This document shows, in pieces, positions 1-14,319 of a stretch of 64,000 nucleotides of DNA (position 1 is the stretch's first letter; each line of letters starts with the position of its first letter). Made by a program: the position numbers and the translations under genes. This DNA comes from Eledone cirrhosa. Taxonomy: Eukaryota. Location of the stretch: the NCBI GenBank assembly GCA_964016885.1, contig OZ024740.1, positions 157,666,001-157,730,000 on the forward strand, given 5' to 3'. The notes beneath the pieces are model-generated. The model was not told where the DNA came from, made no database searches, and saw nothing but the letters and a program-made list of their open reading frames with translations.

Positions 1-29
1 ACCTCTTCTTATGTATACACATGAATATC

Positions 30-1680
<1,651 letters not shown>

Positions 1681-1757
1681 ATTACCCTAGCCAAGAAATT
1701 CTTGCTCGATCACGATGATTTCACGCTCATAAATGTGTACGTGATTGTAGTAATATG

Positions 1758-2340
1758 TCGTGTCTAAAATTACGAGGGTATAAGATGCCACTAATGTTTT
1801 AAATATTTAATCTTAACCATACAGTATGATATATTAATTTTATACTGACCGTATCAAAAACATTTCATCTCTCGGACAGATTTTAGACTCAATCTGTTTC
1901 GCTCTGAAAAATTGTGTTTGTAACAGATAATCTGTAGGCTATCAGCACGGTACCTATGTGAGTTAATACCTCTGTATTTTATTTGTATTTCGGCTCCCTG
2001 AATGGGTGAGCTTATAAAGTGAGTGGGATAAGGCTATTATTTCTAGCATAACTACTCATACCACGTATAGCGTGCAGACCACGAGGAACATATCTTTGAC
2101 TCCTCAAATTGCTGTTAAAGGTGTTTTGTTTCATTTGATCTATCTCTCGCTGATGATAGCCTACAGATTATCTGTTACAAACACAATTTTTCAGGGCGAA
2201 ACAGATTGAGTCTAAAATCTGTCCGAGAGATGAAATGTTTTTGATACGGTCAGTATAAAATAATTATATCATACTGTATGGTTAAGATTAAATATTTAAA
2301 ACATTAGTGGTATCTTATACCCTCGTAATTTTAGACACGA
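1758..2340. mobile_element. PLE-type module with ~190-bp inverted arms (1758-1946 / 2152-2340)
   Basis: Near-perfect reverse-complement arms; the right arm contains a full HHR and the left arm stops inside CUGAUGA. Confidence 0.8.
2142..2231 (+). ncRNA. Type I hammerhead ribozyme with full stem III and extended stem II
   Basis: Stem I ATCTCTCG/CGAGAGAT; CTGATGA; stem II gcct..agggc with internal hairpin acagat-t-atctgt; GAAAC; stem III ACAGATT/AATCTGT; GTC cleavage triplet. Confidence 0.88.
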
Positions 2341-2377
2341 AATTTACTGGGTTTATTTATACATATATATTACTATA

Positions 2378-2566
2378 TAATTGTTTCTACTTTTGGCACA
2401 AGGCCAGCAATTATCCCAGTGTATTACTGGTACTTTATTTTATCGACCCCTTAAGGATGAAAGGCAAAGTTAACCTCGGCGGGTTTTGAACTCAGTACGT
2501 AAAGGGACGTAACTGTGCTGCAAAAAGCATGGCGTCCGACCCTCTACTGATACTGCCAATCCACCG
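2378..2566 (-). mobile_element. SINE family A (Pol III A/B-box-like head)
   Basis: Reverse complement of the ~185-bp element at 3658, 16912 and 63787 (tggcagtatcggt ... gagttcaaatccc ... ggtcgataaaataaagtaccag). Confidence 0.85.
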
Positions 2567-2802
2567 AATGCTCGGTATTTATACTTTGAGCTTGTTTTAA
2601 TTGCAGGGTACCTATATGAGTTAATAACTCTGTATTTTATTTGTACGTGATTGTATGTATTTATTATCTTCACAAAATCACATTCAATACATATATATAT
2701 CGTCAATAATAAATATATTTACTTTACAACACAAACAGACATATATATGTATATATATGTATGTATGTATGTAGTATGTATGTATGTATGTATGTATGTA
2801 TG

Positions 2803-2885
<83 letters not shown>

Positions 2886-3185
2886 ATCAAACAATCGACC
2901 GATTGGAGTGTAAACAAATGTTAGAACAGCTCACCCAGTACACACTGGTGGCCATAATGTCACGCATACATGTTAAGAGTATGAAATTTTAATATGAACT
3001 ATATATATATATATTTATACATGTGTATGTATGTGTGTGTGTATGTGTGTGTGTATGTGTGTGTGTGTGTGTGTGTGTATGTGTACATATCGTTTTCATC
3101 TTATGCGTTAAGTTTCATCTATTTATTTATCTAAATCTGTTTCTATCTCTCTCTTCCCCCACTCTCTCTTACTGTATACGTAAAG

Positions 3186-3262
<77 letters not shown>

Positions 3263-3657
3263 TATATATATATAAAGATGCAGAATTTGCTTCAATCATT
3301 AAAGCCCTATATTTCAATTTCCATTGCAATGCATAAAAGTATTGCGGTACGTGTATTTGTTGTCTTAGTATGTATGCATGGATGTGTGTACACCTGTTTA
3401 TAGTATGTATATATCTTTTTATACAAATATATATTTTAGTATAAGCATCAGTATAACTTTTTAATTGAATTCATAATATTCGTTTTGCTTGTTGTTTCGT
3501 TTTACTGATATGATAGACAAATATAATTGTTTGAATTCATGGTTGAAAATAAATGGTTGGTTTGCCTTCACCAAATTTCATTCATTTGCATATCTGCAAA
3601 TTTTACCTATTATATAAATCATTATAAATCTTAACGACTATCACTATAATTTCTAAG

Positions 3658-3834
3658 GGCGGTGGATTGTCAGTATCGGTAGAGGGTTGGATGCCATGCT
3701 TTAACGCATGGAATTACGGCCCTTGCCATTCTGAGTTCAAATCTCACCGAGGTTAACTTTGCCTTTCATCCTTACGGGGTCGATAAAATAAAGTACCAAT
3801 AATGCTGGCCTTGTGCCAAAAATAGAAACAATTA
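3658..3834 (+). mobile_element. SINE family A
   Basis: Same ~180-bp sequence with B-box GAGTTCAAATC; multicopy in this window. Confidence 0.85.
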
Positions 3835-4188
3835 TAATTTCTAACTCGTTCTCGTGTTTTGCATATTATGCATTATGTGTCTTCCTTGCTGTTTTTTCGG
3901 AATTCCACGCAATAAAACTGAAGCCGGGGCTCTTTAATTAAGAAACATAGCACAATAATGTATCCTTAGACGGCAACAAATATATAGAATTACATGTTGA
4001 AATTTCACATTTCTCGAATTACTTGGAAATGTCATGTAATTTATTAATCTTCTAATATAGCCTGAATTTACTGGTGCATCAGTAATAAATGTCAATTTTA
4101 AAGTCTTTTTTCTTTCATTTGATTAAGAATATAATTTTTCAACGTTCCTATTTAAGTAATTATTTGCATAGAGTGTGAAATTTTACTT

Positions 4189-4233
<45 letters not shown>

Positions 4234-4499
4234 CTGTCTCTGTCTCTCTCCCTTTCTCTTTCTCTCTCTCTATCTCCTGTTTCTTTCTCCCTCTATATAA
4301 TGGGGATTTAGATCAATACAATGCTAAAAGCATAGAGGCCACCGCAATCATTCCGACCCTGCTCCCAGCAGAACTGCTCCATGATAACACGGGCAAACAG
4401 AACTTGTTACAGAGCAAACTCGGTGCGATATGTTCATATGAAAGCAATACTTGAATAGAATATATTAGGCTGATAATGTTCAAAGAAATCTAAGAATTA

Positions 4500-5330
4500 A
4501 AATATCTTAAATTTCAGCACCTAGACCATAATGGTTTTAACCCGTGATCTTTTATACGCATCTCCATTACTTCAGGAATCCAGTACAGCCCTAGTCTGGC
4601 AAGTAAAGGAGAAAGGAGTCCCACATAAGATCTCTTGGAAGATACTCTCAAATCCAGTCCTTACACCAACGGTACTAAGAAATGTCTCTATCTAAGTGAG
4701 AAATTCTGAATATTACAAGGTCTGTCATCTCTGAAGAGAGTGAAATTTTTAGCGGACTCTCATTCTCAAGACCCAACTGCTTGTTAAGTGGAAACATTCG
4801 ACAAATTCGACTGATTTTCAACCACCTTAATTTGATTTATATATTTCTGTTATATCTTTTCTTTCTCTTTCTCTTTACATACTTACATAATACGATACAC
4901 TTTCTAAACTACTCTACTCCGTACCTTAATAAATATTACCATCTCTATATTACATTCCACCACAATGCTTCTGCGATAGTATACGAACACAAACACGTAG
5001 TCGATCTCAAATTTCAAATTTACATCTTGGAGTTATTTCCCATTGTTATATGTTTCCTTTCGTAAACACGTGTTCTTAGCAAACTTTATCTTTAATGGTA
5101 TCTTATAAACTCGTATAAGCACCTGAAGAAAGGTCACTAATTTAATGCCTCCTGTATTCTGGAGGTATGGTCAAATTTGGGATTTGAAACCTTAGGTAGC
5201 GCCTTTGTTGCCTTCAATTTACCATCCATTTTGCAGTTTTAGTTTTCTTATATACATCACTTTCTACATTAGATTCTATATTGAATGCTTCAAGGAAACT
5301 ACAACATTTTATGAAAGTTTATAGAAAATG
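4500..5330 (+). mobile_element. Penelope-like element 3' remnant (degenerate GIY-YIG C-terminus, 3' UTR and HHR)
   Basis: Frameshifted translation VWQVKEKGVPHKISWKILS..PYTNGTKKC..LSEKF resembles the PLE endonuclease tail and 28640-28949; an HHR follows. Confidence 0.65.
5119..5202 (+). ncRNA. Hammerhead ribozyme with extended stem II
   Basis: gcac-CTGAAGA-aaggtc..(hairpin atgcctcc/ggaggtat)..gattt-GAAACC-tta-GGTA-gcgc. Confidence 0.7.
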
Positions 5331-5727
5331 TAGAATGCTCAAGCATAGAAAATAACTGTACCTACAGTATTACGGTCAGCTATTTGCGTTAAAATAACGC
5401 AAAGGTCGATATTGTCTTTCACTGTTATTGGGTTGATAGAATAAAGTACCATTAAGGTTTGGTGGAGCTTATTCTTTTCCAGATCGGAATGGAGCTGACT
5501 TCTTCCAGAGCGCAGAGATAGAGTGGGGGGGGGGGGGGGGGGTAATGAGACCAGCAAAACCGACCCATATTCTGGATTGGTATTATATTTATCGGCAGAA
5601 TTTGAAAGTGTAGAGAACTGGAATAAATAAACTGGAATAAAGACTTTCTACTCGATGTTCTAACAACATGGTCATTTCGCCATTTTTTTATCAAAGATAA
5701 GACTCTCTCCCTCTCTCTCTCTCCCTG

Positions 5728-6108
5728 TGAGTGTATGTATGGGTAACTGTGGCGCTGAGTGTGCAAGTATGGGTATTCATGTCTTTATGTGTGTTTGAGT
5801 ATGTGTGTATATGTGTATATGTGTATATGTGTATGTGTGTGCGTGTGTCTGTATGTGTGTGTGTGCATGTGTGTGTATGTATGTATATGTGTATGTGTGT
5901 CTGTGTGGGTGCGTGTGGGTATGTATATGTTGTATGTGTGTATATGTGTATGTGTGTGCGTGTGTCTGGGTGTTTGTGTGTGCAGCTGTTTGTGTATGTA
6001 TGTATGTATATGTGTAGGTGTGTGTGTGCGCGTGTGTGTGGTGTGCGTGTGTGTATGTATGTGTGTGTGTGTGTGCGTGCGCGCGCGCGTATGTGTATGT
6101 GTGTGTGA
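5728..6108. repeat. Degenerate (TG)n microsatellite
   Basis: Direct observation. Confidence 0.95.
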
Positions 6109-6670
6109 GATCTAAAGCCTTGCCACAAGATGTTTTTAACTATTTATAGTCCCCAGCGTTTTATCTCATTCTCTTATTGTTCATTTATGTTCAACCTCAA
6201 CTGTACTGATAGCTTGCTTTACATAAAATGTTTTCTGTTATTACTCTAAACTGGTTTTATTTTGTAAGATTTCATCGGTGTATTCATACATGTTATGATA
6301 TTTTCAATAAAAATGAGCACTTTTTCTTCTCCATTCTACTACTTTATGTTTAATTATACTGCTAGATTTGCTTTCTATAAAATGTTCTCTGTGGTAACAA
6401 AGCAGTTTACGTTTTTCCTGTTTGTTTTGGTATGTTTATTCTTTTGGAAACCACAAGAATATCATTGAATATTTTAGATTTCGTACTTTCTCACAGCGAC
6501 ATAAACTTTCAGGCGTGGCCTTGTGACCAGGAACCTTGCTCTGTTAAATGAAGGGGCTTCGATTCCGATCACACTAATAGGCACCTTGTGTATGTGTCTC
6601 CTAGAGAAGTTTCGAGTTGACCAATGACTGACAGAAGGCATGTGGAAGTCTTCGCGTTTATATGTATATA

Positions 6671-6720
<50 letters not shown>

Positions 6721-6872
6721 GAAAATGTTTGACCCCGACGGCAGAGCTCAAGCCGTTTCGACGGCTATTACAGGACTATTATAATCCCTAATATGTTTCC
6801 ACTATCCAGTGAATTTCCAGCCGATAAGGTAGAATTTTCATGGGTACGTCTCTACTTATAAAACAAACTTTG

Positions 6873-6937
6873 TATTTTATCTGATGAAAGCGCACCATTG
6901 TTGTCTTGGTTTCCCTTGAAATATATATAATAAAATA
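6873..6937 (+). ncRNA. Hammerhead ribozyme, palindromic ATATATAT stem III (same family as 49983 and 61774)
   Basis: Stem I TATTTTAT/ATAAAATA; CTGATGA; stem II aag..acca/tggt..ctt; GAAA-tatata-TA. Confidence 0.8.
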
Positions 6938-6976
6938 AATATGGTTTTATAAATATAGTTTCTGATCTATATATAT

Positions 6977-7080
6977 ATAGATGAGATTCTACAGGGCTAG
7001 AACTGTTTCATTCTTTAGAAATCATTCCTGATGATTTCTAAAGAATGAAACAGTTCTAGTCCTGTAGAATCTCATCTATA
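6977..7080. repeat. ~104-bp fold-back palindrome containing an HHR core on + (7028-7061)
   Basis: atagatgagattctacag...gaaatcat-tcc-tgatgatttc...gtagaatctcatctat; core CTGATGA-tttctaaagaat-GAAAC-agttcta-GTC. Confidence 0.85.
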
Positions 7081-7320
7081 TTAAAACTTTTATACTCTGC
7101 TATGTATTGAGTACCCTACTTACTGTGGTTACCTCCGATTCAACCCGGAATAACTTACCTATATATATATATATATATGAAAAGTGTAATTTTCTACACA
7201 AAACGAAGGTTATAGAGAAAATTGAGGTTGGTAATGGCACATTGAATATATAAGAGACAGAATACTTTTTTGTGAAAAAACATAATTTTATAAGGTAAGG
7301 AAATAATAAAGGGTATAAAA

Positions 7321-7364
7321 AATGACCGGTTTCGATGGGTCTGCAAAAGCCATCTTTTCAAATG
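7321..7364 (-). ncRNA. Degenerate hammerhead ribozyme
   Basis: Minus strand reads ttgaaaa-GATGG..CCATC-GAAAC-cg-GTC; the CUGANGA box is mutated. Confidence 0.5.
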
Positions 7365-7822
7365 TTGATTAATATTAAGAAAAATTAATAATACGAAGAG
7401 TTAAAATTTGAGACTTGAAAATTCAAGTATAAAATTCATTGTGGGATTTCATAGCAGTTTTCATCTAGGTAGCAACAACAGGTTGACTGCTGTGTCCCTT
7501 TCTGGTAGTGAATGAGAAGTTATTTAGGGTGTGGGTTATTTTATAAAGGTCAGATTTAGCAATCACCAACTGGCCAGCTGCTGGTCAGTGTGGGGGTGGA
7601 AGCAATATACATACACATATCTTCCTGTGATGGGTAGGAGAGTGGAGCGTGATAGAAAGGGATTTAGTGCACTTACACCTATATATACACACATACCTTC
7701 ATCCACACATACATACATATACATATACATATATATATATACATATATATACATATACACACATACATACACACACACATACATATACATACACACTTAC
7801 ACACACACACATATATACACAT

Positions 7823-7893
<71 letters not shown>

Positions 7894-7922
7894 TATATAT
7901 ACATACACATACATCCAGATAC

Positions 7923-8018
<96 letters not shown>

Positions 8019-8124
8019 CCAGATTGCTTAATTAACAACCCAACAAGGAACTGGACATATCAGAGTATTGACAATATCATACACCTAAACAACATATGTA
8101 CTTGTCTATACCATACTAATTCAA

Positions 8125-8179
8125 ACTGCCTGAAGAGGTCACAGCCAAAGATGGCTGTCACTGAAATATATATAGCAGT
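8125..8179 (+). ncRNA. Type I hammerhead ribozyme
   Basis: Stem I ACTGC/GCAGT; CTGAAGA; stem II ggt-cacagcca-aaga-tggctgtc-act; GAAA-tatata-TA; AATAAA immediately downstream. Confidence 0.85.
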
Positions 8180-8222
8180 AATAAACGGAGCTAAATTTTA
8201 ATCATTTACTTTTATTTAACTT

Positions 8223-8268
<46 letters not shown>

Positions 8269-8298
8269 AAATCAAAAGATTGTTAAAAGAGTTCCATG

Positions 8299-8369
8299 TA
8301 TTCTATTATGCGCATTTCAAAATCAAATATCATCATGGGATTATATTTGCCTTCTCATCAGATAAAATA
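8299..8369 (-). ncRNA. Hammerhead ribozyme, palindromic ATGCGCAT stem III (same family as 29965)
   Basis: Minus strand reads tattttat-CTGATGA-gaaggcaaatat..atatttgatttt-GAAA-tgcgca-TA-atagaata. An inverted partial copy at 8420-8563 starts at GAAA. Confidence 0.8.
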
Positions 8370-8563
8370 GGGAGACATGTTATGAAGCTTAAATAGAAAA
8401 AAAAACAAAAAAAAAACATGAAATGCGCATAATAAAATACATGGAACTCTTTTAACCATCTTTTGATTTTATATTATTTATACTCCAGTCCTATAAACTG
8501 TTGAGAGCTACTTATCCGATATTTGCATTGCTTTATTGTGCTACAATAAAACTCACCTCTTAC

Positions 8564-8609
<46 letters not shown>

Positions 8610-8875
8610 TGATTATGATGGGTCACCTGGACCAGATTGTGTATCACCTACCTAATAGTACTTCCATTATTTAAAACAGTAGGAAGTTATATGAGGGAGA
8701 TATTGGCTGCAACGTCTAGTAGGCTGAGTGACCACATAGTGTCTTTACAGTTTGCTTTATCCAATAATAGTTGATGATCGATTAACAGACAAGTTATCGA
8801 ACTCAGCAGACATTTACCACCATATATATTTAATAAATTCTATCCCATGTCTGATTCAACAAGATTTATTTGTTG

Positions 8876-8877
<2 letters not shown>

Positions 8878-8924
<47 letters not shown>

Positions 8925-8978
8925 GATGATGATGATGATGATAATGCTACTACTATCACTGCTGGTAATAATAATAAT
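8878..8978. repeat. (CTA)n/(GAT)n/(TAA)n trinucleotide microsatellite
   Basis: Direct observation; it explains the poly-L/poly-S ORFs. Confidence 0.95.
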
Positions 8979-9187
8979 GGTTTTATTAAATATTAAAACA
9001 TTTTCAATCTGATATTTTAATGTTTTGTCCCTGTCGGTGTAAATCAGAAAGATTTGCAGCCACATGCATGTATGTATGTATGTATGTATGTATGTATGTA
9101 TGTATGTATGTATGTATGCATGTATGCATGTATGTATGTATGTATGTATGCATGTATATGAGTGTGTGTGTGTACATGTGCGCGTCG

Positions 9188-9243
<56 letters not shown>

Positions 9244-9684
9244 TATATAAGTATATATATATAGATATATACATACACACATATACAGAAATACACGCAC
9301 ACAAACACACACATGCACACACATACACACACCCACACACATATATATGAAGCTCTTAAATAAATTAACTTTCGTTTCGTTAGTGGAACGATTTTCTTTT
9401 TTCTTTTTGCATTCGTTGCATTTTGTTGTTGTTTTAAAGTTTTCTTCTCGAAATTATACTGTTTTCCTTTTTATCTCAGAATCTTTTAATCTTCAAACAA
9501 GTTGACTGCTGATCTCTCTTGTGCGTTGCTTCGCCACCATATACATCAATTTATCTTTACAATACATTTGCTTCCACTTACTCACATATACACACATAGA
9601 CACATACATATATGCATATATATGCGTACACGTCCAAGCACACACACGCATCTCTCTCCCTCACTCTCTCTTTCTATCTCTATG

Positions 9685-9720
<36 letters not shown>

Positions 9721-9755
9721 TATACGTATATCTATATCTATATATACATACACAT

Positions 9756-9800
<45 letters not shown>

Positions 9801-9833
9801 CACATATACATATGTATATATACACATACACAC

Positions 9834-9898
<65 letters not shown>

Positions 9899-10061
9899 CA
9901 TATATATATATACATACGTACATACATACAAAATAAATGCTTACATAAATTGATGCATACCGACATAAACACACATTAGCACACACGCACACGCATATAT
10001 ACAATCTTTCTGCCTCTTACATAAGGAAAAGTAGTCGATCAGACAAATGTTTTTCTATACA

Positions 10062-10093
<32 letters not shown>

Positions 10094-10110
10094 CATACAT
10101 ACATACATAC

Positions 10111-10181
<71 letters not shown>

Positions 10182-10503
10182 TGTGTGTTTGTGTGTGTGT
10201 GTGTAAGAGCGTATGTGCGCAAAGTCGAGTTAATGGTCAAATGTTCAATTAATAACATAGAAGGTAAAAAATAATTCTTTACGCAATAACACACAGACAC
10301 ATACGTACGGCGAGATACACACACTCCTGAGTGAACACACCGCCCGTTTATATAATGATATATGTTTCTGTTATTTTTCAAACACATCATGATATATATT
10401 CTAAGGCAGGTGTCTATCAATATGCTCAATGAACTAGTGTTTAGAGCTTTATGTTAAATACAGAAACTGAATATTATAAAATCAGTCTTTGGTATAAATA
10501 GAC

Positions 10504-10561
<58 letters not shown>

Positions 10562-10566
<5 letters not shown>

Positions 10567-10835
10567 ATACTTTGTGAGGGTCATGCTGCCAATAGAAACA
10601 CACTCGTTGGTTTTCATTTGAATTTATTATAAATTTGCGGTTGGTTGGTTCAATAACTGGATGGTTGTTTATATATTGTCAAAGCTCTTTCGTCACACAT
10701 TCTGTGACCTCCCCAGTGACTGATTTCTTATTTTGTGTTTCTCCTTTGTTCTATCTTACACCATCTTATTTTTGTGTGTTGTGTGCTGTGTACTTGGTTT
10801 GCGCATGCCTTACATCCGGATGTGTGTGTTTTTAG
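10562..10835 (-). mobile_element. PLE pseudo-LTR module with HHR at 10678-10720 (same family as 61237-61640)
   Basis: Minus strand reads gtca-CTGGGGA-g-gtcaca-gaatg-tgtgac-GAAA-gagc-TT-tgac; the flanks match 61237-61530 and 18878-18905. Confidence 0.7.
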
Positions 10836-11261
10836 AAACTGGTGACATATGTATTATAGGTCAGAGGTACTAGTTGTGTTTTTGTTGGGGGAGATTGATA
10901 TGTATAATTTTAGTAGTTCACTCACAGGTGGAAAGGCAATTCCTATGATCGTGTTCAGGGTTTATAAGTTTAGTGGGCGAAAGAAAGGATGTTAGTTTCA
11001 GACTGGAGCCAAAGCACAATTGCTTGAAAGAGAGTGGACCTCGCCAAAATCATCCAATCGCCTAGAGGGGTGTTAAACTGCAGGACGATGGATTAAGTCT
11101 CCCACTAAATTGTTTTTATTTCAAGTAACCAGTCGGGTATTGATGCTGCTCTCGTTACGAAGTCATTGTATGTAATTACAATACCATGACATGAGCATAA
11201 TATACTTCGCCAAACTGTGGTAAGGATGTCATTGGTAAGATGTATGTATGTATGTAGTTAA

Positions 11262-11706
11262 ACTACAAAGGGTGGAATAACTCCTAAGAGTCAACGGCCA
11301 TCCAAAAATGTGTAAATATGTATATACACATGTACATATGTATGTGTATGTATGTGCGCGGCGACATAGAAACAGTCGGGCTGGATACCCGATCGCGCGG
11401 TTAAACCACTGGGAGTGAAGGACCCCTAGCATTTGTGAGGGCATTCTTCTAGGAGAAGGCAACTCAGAAATCTGGATAACTCAGACATAAAACCTGCGGC
11501 TCAGTAGTTACCGATGATGTTGATCTTTTCTTCTTTTCAGGTTATAGCTACTGTCGCTCAGAGAGTGGGATTGGCTCAGTGCACAGTCTTTCCTCAATTT
11601 AAAAAAAATCTTCACACACAGGCATTGAAGGATAAAATTAATTAATAATTATTAATAATGGTATATTGTGCAATGGGCATACTCGGTAACGAGGGGGCAG
11701 TCATCA
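11262..11706 (+). mobile_element. Non-autonomous RTE-like element (copy at 50228-50791)
   Basis: High identity with 50340-50791; motif ctaggagaaggcaactc resembles RTE 5' regions; flanked by (TATG)n. Confidence 0.65.
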
Positions 11707-11953
11707 TGTATGTATGTATGTTCTTCTGGTTTTATAATTTCACAAATTTTTTCCCAATAGAGAGAGAGTCGGTTTCTAACATAGACAATTTACAATTTAG
11801 ACATTGCAATTTACACAACATCAACTAGGTAGATGATGTATGCATACATGCATGTGTAGATATGGATGTTATTGTATGTGTGGATGTGTATGTTTTGAGT
11901 TGTATGTGTGCACGTGTATATGCTGTGTATCTGTACATATGTATATGCAGTTA

Positions 11954-13324
11954 TTAGATGCAACATTTTTGGAATGTTTTACATATTTTTACTGTTCCAT
12001 TAATGGATTGTACTTGTAATTTCCTAACTAGTTGTGTTCTTTCTGTTCCTGTGAAGCCCATCTTCTCAAGATTTGTATTGAGGCAGTTACTAAAATATCC
12101 CAGTGCCCCAATAATCACAGGCATAAATCTGAAGGTGTAATCAGGGTGGCGTATCTGCAGATTTCTCATCAGTTCTGCATAAATATTCTCCTTTTCACTA
12201 ATCTTTGATATTATTTGGCATCTGCTGGGCAGATAATTTCCACTACTGTGCATGTTTTCTTCTCAATGTCCCATATCATAATATCTGGTCTGTTATGCCT
12301 GCATTTTATTGGGGCTTTTACTGGAACATTCAACCAGTACTCTTTCATATTATGTACGTGGATGTCTTCCACATTGCTGTAGCTTTTAATGTGTTTATTA
12401 TCGGGGCTATCTTTTTTACGAACTGCATTGTACAGTGTTTTGGCCACTACATCATGCCTCAAAAGTAGCTAGTACCGCGATGACATCTTTGGACAGCTGC
12501 TGATGACATAGGTGATATCTTCGATGTTAGTTCTGCAGTGTCTGCACTTGTTACCACACTAGGTGTTTTGCCTGCATCCCTATCTCTTTTGTGAATCAGG
12601 TATTTCGTGTTGATCTCCTGTTCCTGGATTGCAAAAGCGTATCCTTCAAAGTGGGAGCCAATATAGCGGTTGTGGGTCCAAGATAGACTACTTTCCTTAT
12701 CTATATTACTCTCACTCTGGAGCTTCCTGGCAACATATCCATGCATGATTTTTTACTGATAAGCATGCAGTTTTTCATCCATGGATTTACTGCGATACTG
12801 CTGAGTGACATCCCTGGGTGTGAGTTTTTGATTATCACACAGGGAATATCTCTCGAGGAGTTCCTTCCCAACTCTCATGATCTTATCTGTTTCATGCAGA
12901 TAGACTTGCTCGAGAGACAGGTTCCTACGCTTCGAGGTTCGCAGATGTTGTCGGAGGGATATGATGCGACATTCAAATGTTGTCTGGACTGATGTTAGGC
13001 CTCTGCCTCCCTGCTTACGTTTCAAGTAAAGGCGGTCTATGTCACTGTTGATGTGGAAGTTTCCGGTGTTGTTTAGTATTTTTCGAGTTTCAACATCAAC
13101 TGCTCGGATTTTATCTATCGTCCAATTGAGTATTCCAAACGATGATGTTAGGACAGGCACAGCAAACACATTGTGAGCCACTGTTTTGTTTTGCGCAGAG
13201 AGTTCCGATGACCAAATCTTTCTTAATCGGGTGTAGTATTCCCTGGTTACGCGTTCTTTATTACAGATACCATTATAGCATATGTTCTCACCTACCCCCA
13301 GGTATCTGTAGCAGTCCTCATCAG

Positions 13325-13326
<2 letters not shown>
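11954..13326 (-). pseudogene. R4/Dong-clade non-LTR retrotransposon, 5'-truncated ORF (RT end, zinc knuckle, restriction-like endonuclease), frameshifted
   Basis: YRYLG, RLYLKRKQGGRGL, CRHC..ISSC knuckle, RHDVVAK, HNRPDI..VVEI..P and K..Y motifs across ORFs 12753-13529, 12459-12746, 12211-12462 and 11954-12253. Confidence 0.88.
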
Positions 13327-13355
<29 letters not shown>

Positions 13356-13430
13356 TGTATGTATGTATGTATGTATGTATGTATGTATGTATGTATGTAT
13401 GTATGTATGCATGCGTGTGTGTGTGTGTGT

Positions 13431-13493
<63 letters not shown>

Positions 13494-13734
13494 ATGTATG
13501 TAGTGGCTAACGGTAACAACACTAATCAATCAATGAACGTCGCTCGTTCTATCTCTCCGATATGCAAGGCCCCCGGTATCTGTTGCCTCATGGTCTCAGC
13601 GGACAGAATTGCAAAGGTGTTTCTCCGGCGAAAAAGATGCGCTGAAAGAGTTAGTCAAAATCGTGGGTTAATCTTGTGTCTGCTCAACTTAGTCCCGTGT
13701 TTCGGAGACCCAGGACGCCAGAAGTTTCCAATAA

Positions 13735-13950
13735 GTTCGATCATTGTACAGAAAATAATGTTTTATATAGAAGAAATATGTAATTTAAAGGAAGAAGATA
13801 TGTATGGAGAAAAAGGTTCTTCATGGTTGTAAAGGAGTCTTTGGAATAGTTGTCATTTATTGAGCATAGAATGTGTGAAAATGAAACACAGTTAATCAAT
13901 AAAGCCAATTTGTTTGAAACATTGCTGGGATAAAATGTCTGCCTCGTAAT
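13735..13950 (+). mobile_element. Highly degenerate LINE RT fragment (related copy on - at ~19580-19800)
   Basis: Reverse-complement similarity between the two loci; translation resembles the EEQKG..G..G.KD.L RT subdomain. Confidence 0.4.
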
Positions 13951-14136
13951 GATTTACTACTTTATATAATTCCGTACTCTTAATGATTTAGTGAAGGCGG
14001 TAGACTCGGAGAGTCATTAAAGTGTCGTATTTGATGACTTGTAATATTTTAACTTACTCTCTCCAGGAAAAAGTAAGGACACTGATACATTATGAAAAAC
14101 TAGTTGAGGAATGCTTGAAAATAACAGTAGTATATA

Positions 14137-14319
14137 TAATTGTTTCTACTTTTGGCACAAGGCCAGCAATTATATCAGTGCATTACTGGTACTTTATTTT
14201 ATCGACCCCGTAAGGATGAAAGACAAAGTTAACCTCGGTGGGATTTGAACTCAGACCATAAAGGTCCGTAACTCTTTGCTGCAAATCATGGCGTCAGACC
14301 CTCTACCGATACTGCCAAT
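14137..14319 (-). mobile_element. SINE family A
   Basis: Reverse-complement match to the family consensus. Confidence 0.85.

Noticed and set aside
13316-13326. CTGATGA on the minus strand; also CTGAAGA at 4731, 18488 and 48748
   Set aside because: No stem II/GAAA/UH architecture; several fall inside LINE or PLE coding remnants.
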